A program made the translations under genes and the position numbers. Shown one piece after another: positions 17,942 to 28,466 of a DNA stretch of 32,000 nt (position 1 is the stretch's first letter; every line of letters starts with the position of its first letter). Under the pieces are notes generated by a model. The model saw only the letters and a list, made by a program, of their open reading frames with translations, was not told the DNA's origin and made no database searches. Origin of the DNA: Methanosphaera stadtmanae DSM 3091 (GTDB lineage Archaea; Methanobacteriota; Methanobacteria; Methanobacteriales; Methanobacteriaceae); contig NC_007681.1 of the NCBI RefSeq assembly GCF_000012545.1, forward strand, positions 480,001 to 512,000. The letters are read 5' to 3'.

Positions 17942-18643
17942 ATGGAATTATTAGTAAGTGCAATAAATTTAGATGAAGCTAAAGAGGCACTCGCTGGTGG
18001 TGCTGATATTTTAGATGTGAAAAATCCTAAGGAAGGATCTCTAGGAGCTAACTTTCCATGGATTATAAAAGAAATTAGTGATTATGCAGAGGATGTAATT
18101 GTCAGTACAACCATAGGGGACGTACCATATAAACCAGGTACAGTATCACTAGCAGCATTAGGTAGTGCAGTTTCAGGCTCAAATTATGTTAAAGTAGGAT
18201 TATATGGTCCTGAAAACTATGAACAAGCAGTTGAAGTAATGAATGCAGTTGTTAAAACAATAAATAATTATGATGAAAATATAACTGTTGTAGCATGTGG
18301 GTATGCTGATGCATACAGGGTGGGATCTGTTGAGCCTATAGATATACCTAAAGTAGCATTTGATTCTGGTTGTGATTTAGCAATGCTTGACACATATCTA
18401 AAAGATGGACGTAGATTAACAGATCATATGACTTATGATGAATTAAAAAGTTTTGTTGAAACATCCCACAACTATAATCTTAAAGTAGCACTGGCAGGTT
18501 CAGTTAATGCATCTGATATACCTCTTCTTGAAGATATTAACTGTGATATTATGGGTGTACGTGGGTGTGTATGTACTGGTGGAGATAGAAATAATGGAAC
18601 TATTGATAGTTTACTAGTAAGACAATTAAAAGATAACATTTAA
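17942..18643 (+). CDS. mfnB: (5-formylfuran-3-yl)methyl phosphate synthase (methanofuran biosynthesis, MJ1099 family)
   Basis: 233 aa. The N-terminus LLVSAINLDEAKEALAGGADILDVKNPKEGSLGANFPWII is characteristic of the MfnB/DUF556 family. Confidence 0.8.
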   Translation: MELLVSAINLDEAKEALAGGADILDVKNPKEGSLGANFPWIIKEISDYAEDVIVSTTIGDVPYKPGTVSLAALGSAVSGSNYVKVGLYGPENYEQAVEVMNAVVKTINNYDENITVVACGYADAYRVGSVEPIDIPKVAFDSGCDLAMLDTYLKDGRRLTDHMTYDELKSFVETSHNYNLKVALAGSVNASDIPLLEDINCDIMGVRGCVCTGGDRNNGTIDSLLVRQLKDNI

Positions 18644-18753
18644 TTAGAATTTTAGATAAAAATAATACTAATAGAAATACTAATAATATTTTTTTTAAAT
18701 TTTTTTAGTATATGACTTTTGAATGATTATTTATTAAATAAAAGGGGCGTTAT

Positions 18754-20250
18754 ATGAATAAATATATGGATAAATTAACAAAAGCAGAAGACACATATAC
18801 ATTTGATGATTTTCTTATAAAACCAGGATTATCATGTATAGAACCAAATGATGTAAAATTAGATACACAAGTATCTACAAACTATCATTTAAACACACCA
18901 GTTGTAAGTTCGGCTATGGATACTGTTACAGAAGCAAACATGGCAATATCTCTAGCAAGACAAGGTGGACTTGGTGTTATTCATAGAAATTTAACTATTG
19001 AACAAGAAATTAAAGAAATTAAAAAGGTTAAATATGCTAATGAATTAACAGTTAAAGAAGTTATATCAATATCTCCTGATGAAACAGTTTCTGAAGCACA
19101 ACAAATCATGGATATTGAAGAAATAAGTGGTTTACCCGTAGTAAATGATGATAATATTGTTGTAGGTATTATAAGTCGTAGAGATATTAAACCTTTAAGA
19201 GGTAAATACTTAAATCGTAAAGTATCCGATGCAATGACTCAGGAAGTAGTTACAATCTCTGAAAACACAACTACTGAAGAAGCATTAGATGTTGCATATG
19301 AAAATAAAGTTGAAAGGTTACCAGTAGTTTCTGATGTTAATGAACTTCTTGGTATAGTAACAATGAAAGATATTTTAGAACGTAAAAAATATCCTGATGC
19401 AGCACGTGATAAAAATGGTAGATATCTTGTTGCAGCAGCATGTGGTCCGTTTGATATTGAAAGAGCAATGGCAATAGATGATGCTGGGGCAGATATTATT
19501 GCTATAGATAGTGCACATGGACATAAAACTGATATTTTCAAATCTGTTAATGAAATGAAGAAAAATGTTGATGCAGATATATTACTTGGTAATATTGCAA
19601 CTGCAAAGGCTGCAAAAGACATGTTAGATGCAACAGAAATTGATGGTATAAAAGTTGGTATAGGTCCAGGTTCAATTTGTACCACTAGGATAGTTGCAGG
19701 TGTAGGTGTACCTCAACTTAGTGCTGTTTCAAGTGTTGCAGATGTAGCAGAAGATCATGGAATACCTGTAATTGCTGATGGTGGTTTAAGATACTCTGGA
19801 GATATAGCAAAAGCATTAGCTGTTGGAGCAAATGCAGTTATGCTAGGTAGTTTACTTGCTGGAACAACTGAATCTCCTGGGGAAATGACTATTAGAAATG
19901 GACGTAAATATAAACAATATCGTGGAATGGGTTCTTTAGGTGCTATGACTGGTGGAGTTGGAGCAGGAAAAGATAGGTATTTCCAAGGTTCAAGTAGTAA
20001 TATGAATTCCTCAAAATTAGTACCAGAAGGTATTGAAGGAGTAGTTCCATATAAAGGAGAAGCTAGTCAAATAGTTTATCAATTAATGGGTGGTTTAAAA
20101 TCATCAATGGGTTATGTTGGGGCTAAATCAATTAAAGAAATGCATGAAAAAGCAGAATTAGTTCATATAACTCCTAATGGTATGTCTGAAAGTCATCCTC
20201 ATGATATTACCATTACTAATGAAAGTCCAAACTATCATCCAAGATATTAA
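18754..20250 (+). CDS. guaB: IMP dehydrogenase
   Basis: 498 aa. TIM-barrel motifs [11 protein letters not shown] and [16 protein letters not shown], with an inserted CBS pair (ISGLPVV ... VERLPVV). Confidence 0.95.
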   Translation: MNKYMDKLTKAEDTYTFDDFLIKPGLSCIEPNDVKLDTQVSTNYHLNTPVVSSAMDTVTEANMAISLARQGGLGVIHRNLTIEQEIKEIKKVKYANELTVKEVISISPDETVSEAQQIMDIEEISGLPVVNDDNIVVGIISRRDIKPLRGKYLNRKVSDAMTQEVVTISENTTTEEALDVAYENKVERLPVVSDVNELLGIVTMKDILERKKYPDAARDKNGRYLVAAACGPFDIERAMAIDDAGADIIAIDSAHGHKTDIFKSVNEMKKNVDADILLGNIATAKAAKDMLDATEIDGIKVGIGPGSICTTRIVAGVGVPQLSAVSSVADVAEDHGIPVIADGGLRYSGDIAKALAVGANAVMLGSLLAGTTESPGEMTIRNGRKYKQYRGMGSLGAMTGGVGAGKDRYFQGSSSNMNSSKLVPEGIEGVVPYKGEASQIVYQLMGGLKSSMGYVGAKSIKEMHEKAELVHITPNGMSESHPHDITITNESPNYHPRY

Positions 20251-20310
20251 ATAAAAATAAATCTAAGCTCCTTTTATTATTTTTTTTTAAATTATTTGAG
20301 AATGTGTAAG

Positions 20311-20375
20311 AATTAATTTTTAATTAATATTTTTTTTCTTATTTTAGGTTTACTTATTTTTATAATTATTCTTTA
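20311..20375. repeat. 65-bp direct repeat, copy 1 (downstream of guaB)
   Basis: AATTAATTTTTAATTAATATTTTTTTTCTTATTTTAGGTTTACTTATTTTTATAATTATTCTTTA is identical to 27362-27426. Imperfect homology extends about 14 bp upstream (GAGAATGTGTAAG vs GAGAGTGCGAC). Confidence 0.9.
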
Positions 20376-21152
20376 GCCCCTTAGATAGATCATTGTTGAC
20401 TTAACTGTTGCAATGCCGTTTTTGTTGTGTTTATTGCTTGGTTTATTAATAATATATGTAAAATATGTCTTTTGTGAATACTAAAATATCCTTTATCAAG
20501 AGTGAAAACAAAAAAATTAGATTTTAAATGGATCTATTCTAAAAAAAAGTATTATTTATATTTTAACATTACAATGATACTTTATAAAGAAATATTATAC
20601 ATTGTATCAATAATAATAAACCTAATATAAAAGAACCCGATATCAGGATATTTGAAAACATGTTAAAAAGAAGAATATTTAAAAAACACACAGATACAAT
20701 TCAACAGAGAATATTACTCAAAAAGAAAATTAAATAATCAGTATAAATACATACAAAACACTCAATATCATATTTTTACATTATACTAAGATAATTAAAA
20801 AAAAATAAATAATAAACTAACTTATCATTTAGAAATATACTAATCATTCACAATACAACCTTTATTTTATAAATAAACACGTGAAATATTTTTATAAAAT
20901 AAAACAATAGAATTTCCCCCCCCCTTTCTTTATTTAATAAATTATATTTATTTTCTAAAACTATTTAATATTATTTTAATTAGATTAAATTTAAATATAA
21001 TCCTTCTTAAATTAATAATAACTAAGATTACTCTTAGTTAAAATCAATTTTATTTTAATTAGAAATTTAGAAATTTTTAATGAAAACTAGGGGAAATTAA
21101 GTAGATTATTTCCTCTATACAAAAAAATAATAATAGGAGGGTGTAATTTAAC

Positions 21153-24100
21153 ATGAAGAATAAAATAATACTATCTTCAATACTGTTAATAGTATTAATA
21201 CTAGGACTTTCAGCTATATCTGCAACAGACACAAACACAACAACTATCACTTCAATAGAAAAACAAACCATAGACACGACAACATCACAAACAATAGATA
21301 ATAAAGAATTAAAGTCTACTATTAAAGATACTAAAACAGAGATTACTCCAAAAAAAGAAATAAAAACAAAAGAAATTACAACACAAAACCAAAAAAATAA
21401 CAAAGAAATAAAAACAACCAACAAAACACTTAAAAAAGAATCAGAAATAAACTACTATGTATCCAATGATAAAGGATCAGATACAAACGATGGATCAATT
21501 GACAAACCATATAAAACAATCAATCAAGCAATAACACAAACCACCAAAGATAACATATACAATATACACATAACAGAAGGTAAATATACTGGTGTTGGAA
21601 ATACCAATCTTACAATAAATGGAGATTATAAAATAAACTTCATAGGAGATGGAATTAATAAAACCATTATTGATGGTGATGGTAAGTATACTATTAATCC
21701 AAATCCAGGTTATGTATGGGGAAGTTCACCAGATTGGTGGTGGTATATTAATTGTAGTGGTAACTGGGGTATGAATATTACTAAAGGTACTGGTTATATA
21801 ACATTATCTAATATGAATATTCAACACATGCTTGCTACTGGTGGAGCAGATATCTCACTTAATCCTTATGGTGGTATAACTAATTATGGTAATTTAAGTG
21901 TCAATAATGTATTGTTCTATCAGAATCTGGGTGGAGTAGGTGCTAGTATACAAAACAAAAATAATGCTACACTTACTGTAAATAATAGTATTTTCCAAGA
22001 AAATAGAAAATCTAATACTACAGGTAATTTTGGAGCAGGAATTTACAATAATGGAACAGCAAGTGTTACTAATAGTTTATTTAAAGATAATTTAGCTCGA
22101 TGGGGTACTTTAACAAATGATGGAATTATAGATATTGTTAATTGTACTTTCCGTGATGGTATATCCTATGATGGTTCAAGTACATATAAATTTGGTAGTG
22201 GAATTGCTGCAAATACTGGTGGTGCTAGTTTTAGTAATCCATATGATCTTGATGGATTAGTTACTAATGTTATAAATTGTACTTTCATTAATAATGAACA
22301 AACTGATATTTATGTAGGATTAGGTAATTTATTTGTAAATAATTGTAATTTTAATCAGAGTACTGGTATTTATACAAAAGGAAGTAGTAGTTATGGAAAT
22401 ATTAAAACAGGAATTTATAATTCAACATTTACTAATATGAAACCTTCAAATTTATTTAGTTCTCTTAGTGTAACAACAGGTACAACCTTTGCTATCTATT
22501 TAGAAAGTAGTGGAAATATTACAATACAGGGTAATGTTATAAATCTTGCAAAATATGGTTATGGTATTTATGTTAATAGTAATACTACCATAAATAATAA
22601 CACATTAAATAAGTATATTTATATAAAAGGTAAGAATAATAAAATTATGAATAATATTATAAAAACAAATGATATTTATGCAATAGAAATAATTTCTTCA
22701 GCAATCAATGGAGGTAATAATGAAATAACTAATAATACTTTATATTCTCAAGTATTCACTGGTGATAAAGCAGTATTATATTCTGATAAAAGCAATACTA
22801 TCAAAAATAATATTCCAGTAACTGGTAGTTATATTAATTTAACTGATGATAATTATAATATTTATTTTGATAAGAATGGTGTAATTAAAACAGATGTTGT
22901 TGAAAATGGTAGTACTATTACAATTATTAGTGATATTAAAAATAAGAATTTAACTTTTTCTAATATAAAAGCTCTTCTTTTAAGTAATAAAAAAGTTAAT
23001 ATTGTAAATGGTTCAATTAATATTATAAATAATGCTTCAATGATTATTCAAAATACAACAATTAAAAATAATGATAAAAATCAATATGGAATTCTAATTA
23101 ATTCACCACATAATTTTATAAAAAATAATAATATATTTGTAAAAACAACAAATCCATATAATGCTATTATAATAACACAAGATAATAATAATTTAGAATC
23201 AAATATAATTAATATTACTAGTACAACAAATAATACAGGTATTTTAATAAAATCAGCAGATAATACATTAAAAAGCAATAAAATAAATATAACTACAGAT
23301 AGTATACTTAATACAACATCAACTGGTATTGTATTAAATAGTAGTAATGAAAATTATATTTATAATAATTATATCTATATTAATACAAATAAAGATGCAA
23401 TAGGAACAGAGTTAATAAATTCAAGTAATATCACTGTTCAAAATCAGATATACATATATACATCAGAAAATGCAATAGGAACACAATTACAAGATTCTAA
23501 GAATAATAGAATAGTCATATCTAATATGAAATTAACATCAAATAAAACAGTTTATGGAATCAAGGCATTTGGAAATCCAACATTAAATAGTGATAATACA
23601 TTCATTAAGGAATATGGAGAATCCATAATAAGATCAAATAAAAGTATAACTGTATTTTTAGAAAATACAAGAAATACTAATGTAGTAGGTTTATCTGGAG
23701 GTAGTGATCATAAAACAATAGGTGACTATGCAAGAGGAATATTAACAAAAAATACTGAAAACACAAACATATTCTATTTAACATTATGTCTTTCTGCATT
23801 AACTGATACAAACCCTAATCTAATTGCAATAGAACAAATTAATTCACAAAATACCAACATTACTGCTATGACTATGAAAGAAGACTCAACATATAACAAC
23901 AAAGGAAATTTCTTAAAACTAGTAAATACTACAAACACATACATAGGATCAGCACAAGATGTTTCAAAAACAAATATAAATATAAATGATATTGCAATAA
24001 TAATGGAAAACTCAAATAATAACATTATAGAAAATATATCCATCACAACAGAAACAGATTATACAATAAATCTAACAAACTCAAATAATAATAAAATAAT

Positions 24101-27100
24101 AAATAATTATCTTAATGGTAATAATTTCAGTGGAGGAAACAGTACCATTATACAAACAAACAGTAAAAACAGTACATTATTCAACAATACTCCAGAAATA
24201 ATAATTCTAACAAATGATAATTACAATGACTACTTTATAAATCAAGTATTTGTTCTTAATAAAACAGCCGAAGCAGTATTAGGATCTAACATTTATAATA
24301 AAAATATGACATTTAATCATGCAATAACATTAAAAAATCCTAGAAATTATACAATATATAATGGAACAATATCCTTAACACATTCTACAGGAATTAGTAA
24401 CTTAACTAGTTTACAATTTAATGTAAGTGATGATAGAAAAACTGTGATAAATATTATAGATGTTATTGGAGGAAGAGTAAACCTATTTTATTCTAATATA
24501 ATACAATATAACAAAGAAAACCAAGCACAAACCATATATGTAAATAAGAATTCATTCTTAAATGCATCATATACAAATATAACATTATATGCACCAGAAA
24601 TAGATTCAGATGATTACAATAAATTATCTACAGCAGTATATTGTGAAAAAAACACTGTAATATCATATGGAAGTATCACAGTTAATACAACAAAAACAGA
24701 ACCTAATGGAAAAATAATAGGATTATATGGTGGAATTAATTCTAACTTAAATATGACAATAAATGCTAAAAACAATGCAATAGGAGTACTATATAAAAAT
24801 AATAATATTACATATCCTAGAACTCAAAAAGAAAATAATATTAACTTATATAGTAATAATCAAACAATAGGACTTTTATATACAGACATATTATTAATAA
24901 ATTATACTTATAGTAACATTCCTATTACTATAATAAATCATAATATAAACTTAACTTCACAGAATACAATTGGAATAAAACTAATTAATACTAATGTTAC
25001 AATGGCATATAATAATATAAACACTAATGGAACTAACAACACTCCAATATATATAGAAAATAATAAAAAATCTGATATATTATTTAATAATTTTATAAGT
25101 AATGTCAATGCTCAAAACATATTTAAAAATATGGGCAATATCGCAATTAAAAACAATAATATGATAATAGAAAAACAGAAAAATTTACCTCTAATTATAA
25201 TAGAAAATGCAGAAAATGCTCAAGTAATCAGTAACTTTTTAAAAACAGAAAATTTAATGGGAAAATATGCAGTAAAAACTATTAATGTAACAAATCTCAC
25301 TATAGAATTTAATAAACCTGGAACAATCATAACAAATGAAAATTATAATCAATACTTCACAAATCAAATCTTAAACTCTGATATTGATGTAATAGAGTTA
25401 GGATCTAACTTTTATAATAAAAATATGATATTTAATCATAAAGTGTTAATAGAAAATCCAAATAATTATACAATATATAATGGAACATTAATATTCACAG
25501 AAAATGCAACAAACAGTAACATAACTGGAATAAACATACATAACACTGATGATAGACAAACAAGCTTAAAAGTGAATTCAACAATAATTATGGAGGATAG
25601 TACAATCTATCAAGAAAATAATAATACTCCTGCAAAAACAATAATTATTGAAAAAGGTGGAATAAGATTAAATCATAATAATATTACAACAATTGGTAGT
25701 CAAAATGTAACAATAATTTCATTAAGTAAAATAGAAGGACAAACTAATATTCAAACGAATAATATATATGGAAAAGGATCTAATATAACAGCAATATACA
25801 TATCAAACAGTAAAAATGCAAGAACTATGTCTATAAATAGAAATAACATAATATTAAAAAGTGATAATCCAATAACAGCAATACGAAATATAAATTCTAA
25901 AGGAACTCTTAGTAGTAATACTATTATTGTTAAAACTAAGAATTATAATACCCCAATAATAGAAATAATAAATCATACAGGTAATTTTATAATACTAAGT
26001 AATTATATAGAAAGTGAAGATGTATGTGCTAAAGATGCAATAAAAGTAGTGGGAACTGGAAGAGTTACTTATGGAAGTATTAGACCAACAAATGGAAACT
26101 ACAAAACACAAATGAACATAACACTACCTTCAGAATTAAAAGTAGGTACTACTTATCCAATAATAATCAATGTAACAAGTATGCTAGATAAAGCTGTAAA
26201 TGGTGATGTAATAATTAATATTAATGGAAAAGAAACTACATTAACATTAACAGATGGAATAGCTACATACAACTACACACCAACAAAAGATGGTGAAACC
26301 ACAATAAAAATAACATATACAGATAATGAAGATAAATATCTAAACAACACCATTACTCAAACTGTAACAGTAAATAAAATAAATACTATACTCAAAGTAG
26401 ACTCAGTAAAAACAACACCAAATACACGTATAAACATACCAATAACACTAACAAATGAATTTGAAAACCCATTAAATGGAACAGTAACAGTAATAGACCA
26501 ATACAATAACACATTTGCAATAATCAATATAATTGATGGAAAAGGAACATTTACTAAAATCTTCAGAGGAAACTTCAACCAAAACCTAACATTCATCTAT
26601 GATGGAACAGAAATATACAATGCAATAAACACAACAATAAACGTGGATATACATAAACTCAGTACTACTGTAACAATAGATCCAATAAATGCACATGTAG
26701 GAGATAAAATCAATCTAAAAGCAACAGTAACAGATGAAGATGGAAATCCTGTAACAGAAGGACGTTTAGTATTCAAAGTAAATGGTAAAACAATAAAAGA
26801 TACCAATGGAAACATTATATACGCAACAATAAAAGATGGAGTAGCAATGATAGAAAACTACACTGTACCAGCAAACTGGTTTAAAATAGAATCAGAAATA
26901 AGTGCTGTGTATGGTGGAACAAATAAATACACCTCCTACAGAAGTGAAGCAATACCAATGAACATAACCAAAAAAACAGCTACAATGACAATGACAACAA
27001 ACACCACAACAACAAAACCAGGCGAAACAATAAAAATAACAGTGAAAATAACAGAAAAAGATGCTAATGTAAATGAAGGACGTGTCCTATTCAAGGTAAA

Positions 27101-27287
27101 TGGTAAAACCATGAGAGATAATGAGGGATATATAATTTACCATGAAGTAAAAAATGGACTAGTAACAATAGATTACACAATACCAGAAAATACAAGAGCA
27201 CAAGACTACACATTCACATGTGTATATGGAAACAAACTCTATGAACGTTGTGATGTAAACAGTACAATCACGGTAGTAAAAAACTAA
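21153..27287 (+). CDS. giant Asn/Thr-rich adhesin-like surface protein (beta-helix repeats plus C-terminal Ig-like repeats)
   Basis: 2044 aa. N-terminal signal/anchor MKNKIILSSILLIVLILGLSAISA, then a T/K/E-rich linker. Hundreds of residues of N-rich pseudo-repeats typical of right-handed beta-helix (pectate-lyase-like) adhesins. C-terminal repeated modules contain GRLVFKVNGKT / GRVLFKVNGKT. SD GGAGGGTG lies upstream. Confidence 0.85.
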   Translation: MKNKIILSSILLIVLILGLSAISATDTNTTTITSIEKQTIDTTTSQTIDNKELKSTIKDTKTEITPKKEIKTKEITTQNQKNNKEIKTTNKTLKKESEINYYVSNDKGSDTNDGSIDKPYKTINQAITQTTKDNIYNIHITEGKYTGVGNTNLTINGDYKINFIGDGINKTIIDGDGKYTINPNPGYVWGSSPDWWWYINCSGNWGMNITKGTGYITLSNMNIQHMLATGGADISLNPYGGITNYGNLSVNNVLFYQNLGGVGASIQNKNNATLTVNNSIFQENRKSNTTGNFGAGIYNNGTASVTNSLFKDNLARWGTLTNDGIIDIVNCTFRDGISYDGSSTYKFGSGIAANTGGASFSNPYDLDGLVTNVINCTFINNEQTDIYVGLGNLFVNNCNFNQSTGIYTKGSSSYGNIKTGIYNSTFTNMKPSNLFSSLSVTTGTTFAIYLESSGNITIQGNVINLAKYGYGIYVNSNTTINNNTLNKYIYIKGKNNKIMNNIIKTNDIYAIEIISSAINGGNNEITNNTLYSQVFTGDKAVLYSDKSNTIKNNIPVTGSYINLTDDNYNIYFDKNGVIKTDVVENGSTITIISDIKNKNLTFSNIKALLLSNKKVNIVNGSINIINNASMIIQNTTIKNNDKNQYGILINSPHNFIKNNNIFVKTTNPYNAIIITQDNNNLESNIINITSTTNNTGILIKSADNTLKSNKINITTDSILNTTSTGIVLNSSNENYIYNNYIYINTNKDAIGTELINSSNITVQNQIYIYTSENAIGTQLQDSKNNRIVISNMKLTSNKTVYGIKAFGNPTLNSDNTFIKEYGESIIRSNKSITVFLENTRNTNVVGLSGGSDHKTIGDYARGILTKNTENTNIFYLTLCLSALTDTNPNLIAIEQINSQNTNITAMTMKEDSTYNNKGNFLKLVNTTNTYIGSAQDVSKTNININDIAIIMENSNNNIIENISITTETDYTINLTNSNNNKIINNYLNGNNFSGGNSTIIQTNSKNSTLFNNTPEIIILTNDNYNDYFINQVFVLNKTAEAVLGSNIYNKNMTFNHAITLKNPRNYTIYNGTISLTHSTGISNLTSLQFNVSDDRKTVINIIDVIGGRVNLFYSNIIQYNKENQAQTIYVNKNSFLNASYTNITLYAPEIDSDDYNKLSTAVYCEKNTVISYGSITVNTTKTEPNGKIIGLYGGINSNLNMTINAKNNAIGVLYKNNNITYPRTQKENNINLYSNNQTIGLLYTDILLINYTYSNIPITIINHNINLTSQNTIGIKLINTNVTMAYNNINTNGTNNTPIYIENNKKSDILFNNFISNVNAQNIFKNMGNIAIKNNNMIIEKQKNLPLIIIENAENAQVISNFLKTENLMGKYAVKTINVTNLTIEFNKPGTIITNENYNQYFTNQILNSDIDVIELGSNFYNKNMIFNHKVLIENPNNYTIYNGTLIFTENATNSNITGINIHNTDDRQTSLKVNSTIIMEDSTIYQENNNTPAKTIIIEKGGIRLNHNNITTIGSQNVTIISLSKIEGQTNIQTNNIYGKGSNITAIYISNSKNARTMSINRNNIILKSDNPITAIRNINSKGTLSSNTIIVKTKNYNTPIIEIINHTGNFIILSNYIESEDVCAKDAIKVVGTGRVTYGSIRPTNGNYKTQMNITLPSELKVGTTYPIIINVTSMLDKAVNGDVIININGKETTLTLTDGIATYNYTPTKDGETTIKITYTDNEDKYLNNTITQTVTVNKINTILKVDSVKTTPNTRINIPITLTNEFENPLNGTVTVIDQYNNTFAIINIIDGKGTFTKIFRGNFNQNLTFIYDGTEIYNAINTTINVDIHKLSTTVTIDPINAHVGDKINLKATVTDEDGNPVTEGRLVFKVNGKTIKDTNGNIIYATIKDGVAMIENYTVPANWFKIESEISAVYGGTNKYTSYRSEAIPMNITKKTATMTMTTNTTTTKPGETIKITVKITEKDANVNEGRVLFKVNGKTMRDNEGYIIYHEVKNGLVTIDYTIPENTRAQDYTFTCVYGNKLYERCDVNSTITVVKN

Positions 27288-27303
27288 AAATAAAATATAA
27301 CTT

Positions 27304-27345
27304 AGGAGAACATATTTTCTCCTATTTCTTTTTTCATTTTTTTAT
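27304..27345 (+). terminator. stem-loop plus T-runs after the adhesin gene
   Basis: AGGAGAA (27304-27310) / TTCTCCT (27317-27323) form a 7-bp stem with a 6-nt loop, followed by TTTCTTTTTTCATTTTTTT. Confidence 0.5.
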
Positions 27346-27361
27346 CAAAAGAGAGTGCGAC

Positions 27362-27426
27362 AATTAATTTTTAATTAATATTTTTTTTCTTATTTTAGGT
27401 TTACTTATTTTTATAATTATTCTTTA
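27362..27426. repeat. 65-bp direct repeat, copy 2 (downstream of the adhesin gene)
   Basis: Identical to 20311-20375. Confidence 0.9.
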
Positions 27427-27560
27427 TATTTTTCTATTTTTTATCATGATTTTATAATTAAAGTTTAAATACTTTTTTAATAGTTATTTTATAGAATATT
27501 TGTATATAACGTTTTATAGTTATATTATATAGTAAAATATTTTTTGTTGATTTGTTATTT

Positions 27561-27968
27561 ATGGTTTTACGTGAAGATACTATTGGTCAAACTTTTTTAT
27601 TACCTGTTGATATTAGAAAATTAATTCCAGATAATCCTGTTTGTTTTTTCAGTGATAACGGGTGAATTGTGTTGATTTTAGTGATATTGATTTTCAATAC
27701 AAAGATACTCTATGTTAAAAAGCTTATTCTACAACAATGCTTCTTTGTATAATTTTAATGGGTACTATTTATTCTATTCACAGTAATCGTAAGTTAGAAA
27801 GTATGGTTCGTGAAAATATTGTGTTTATGTATTTAGCTACTTTTCAACAACCTGTTTTTAGTACTATTCTTCTTTTAAATGTGAACATAATGATTTAATA
27901 TTCTTGAAACAATTAATTATGGTCATAATAAAGATTTAATTGATTTAAAAAGTACAGACAATACCATA
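27561..27968 (+). pseudogene. IS1182/IS5-type transposase N-terminal domain relic (DUF772-like), multiply frameshifted
   Basis: Three shifting frames read MVLREDTIGQTFLLPVDIRKLIPDNPVCFF, then VDFSDIDFQYKDT, then KAYSTTMLLCIILMGTIYSIHSNRKLESMVRENIVFMYLATFQQPVFSTI, then a possible LIDLKSTDNTI. This follows the conserved N-terminal pattern of IS1182-family transposases (..LP..IP..H.. / Y.P.MLL..L.Y.Y..GI.SSRKLE....ENI.FM.L....PDF.TI). No DDE domain follows. Confidence 0.6.
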
Positions 27969-28217
27969 TAATAAGATTGCAAAATACCAAAACACAACAC
28001 ACTAATAGTAACAGCCAAAAATATAATAAATACATAATATGGAACTAAAACAACAAAAAGAACTAGTAGATCTGACTTTAAAAACAAAATAAATAATAAA
28101 AACAATGATCTAGTCAAAAATAATAATTATTGTTCATGACTAACAATGATTGTTGCATGTTCTCTTATTTTTTTGTAGGATATTTTTCTAAAAAGAGTAT
28201 TTTATGGGGGGAGAGTT

Positions 28218-28466
28218 TTATTTTCGTCTTCTTTTAACATAGATTGTGATAGTTTCAGGGTGTCGTCCATTTTCTAGAATGAATTTATTAACATTTTCTA
28301 TAGCTTCAATGTATTCATTTTTATAGATTTTTACATCATCTATCATTACATATGAGGGCATACTTTTTTGTTTTTCATTTATTGAAATTACTTTTTTTAT
28401 AAAGTCACTGTATTCTTCTTTTGTAAGCTCTTTTTTAACTTCTTTTTTAATCTTCATTTTAATCAC
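28218..28466 (-). CDS. small protein with pseudomurein-binding-repeat-like segments
   Basis: 82 aa whose start overlaps the stop of the upstream HD gene by 4 nt (ATGA). LTKEEYSDFIKKVISINEKQKSMPSYVMI and YKNEYIEAIENVNKFILENGRHPETITI resemble the PMBR pattern (Y...A..V..F...NG.LP..V.I). The assignment is from memory. Confidence 0.45.
   Translation of the reverse strand: MIKMKIKKEVKKELTKEEYSDFIKKVISINEKQKSMPSYVMIDDVKIYKNEYIEAIENVNKFILENGRHPETITIYVKRRRK

Noticed and set aside
21077-21424. Minus-strand ORFs overlapping the adhesin gene (21077-21424, 23081-23278, 23774-24046, 26357-26596, 26597-26815)
   Set aside because: They are antisense artefacts of the long repetitive A/T-rich adhesin ORF. 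Their sequences are hydrophobic and low-complexity.
27923-28117. 64-aa minus-strand hydrophobic ORF
   Set aside because: It lies in the degraded tail of the IS1182-like relic and has no RBS or motifs. It is probably spurious.
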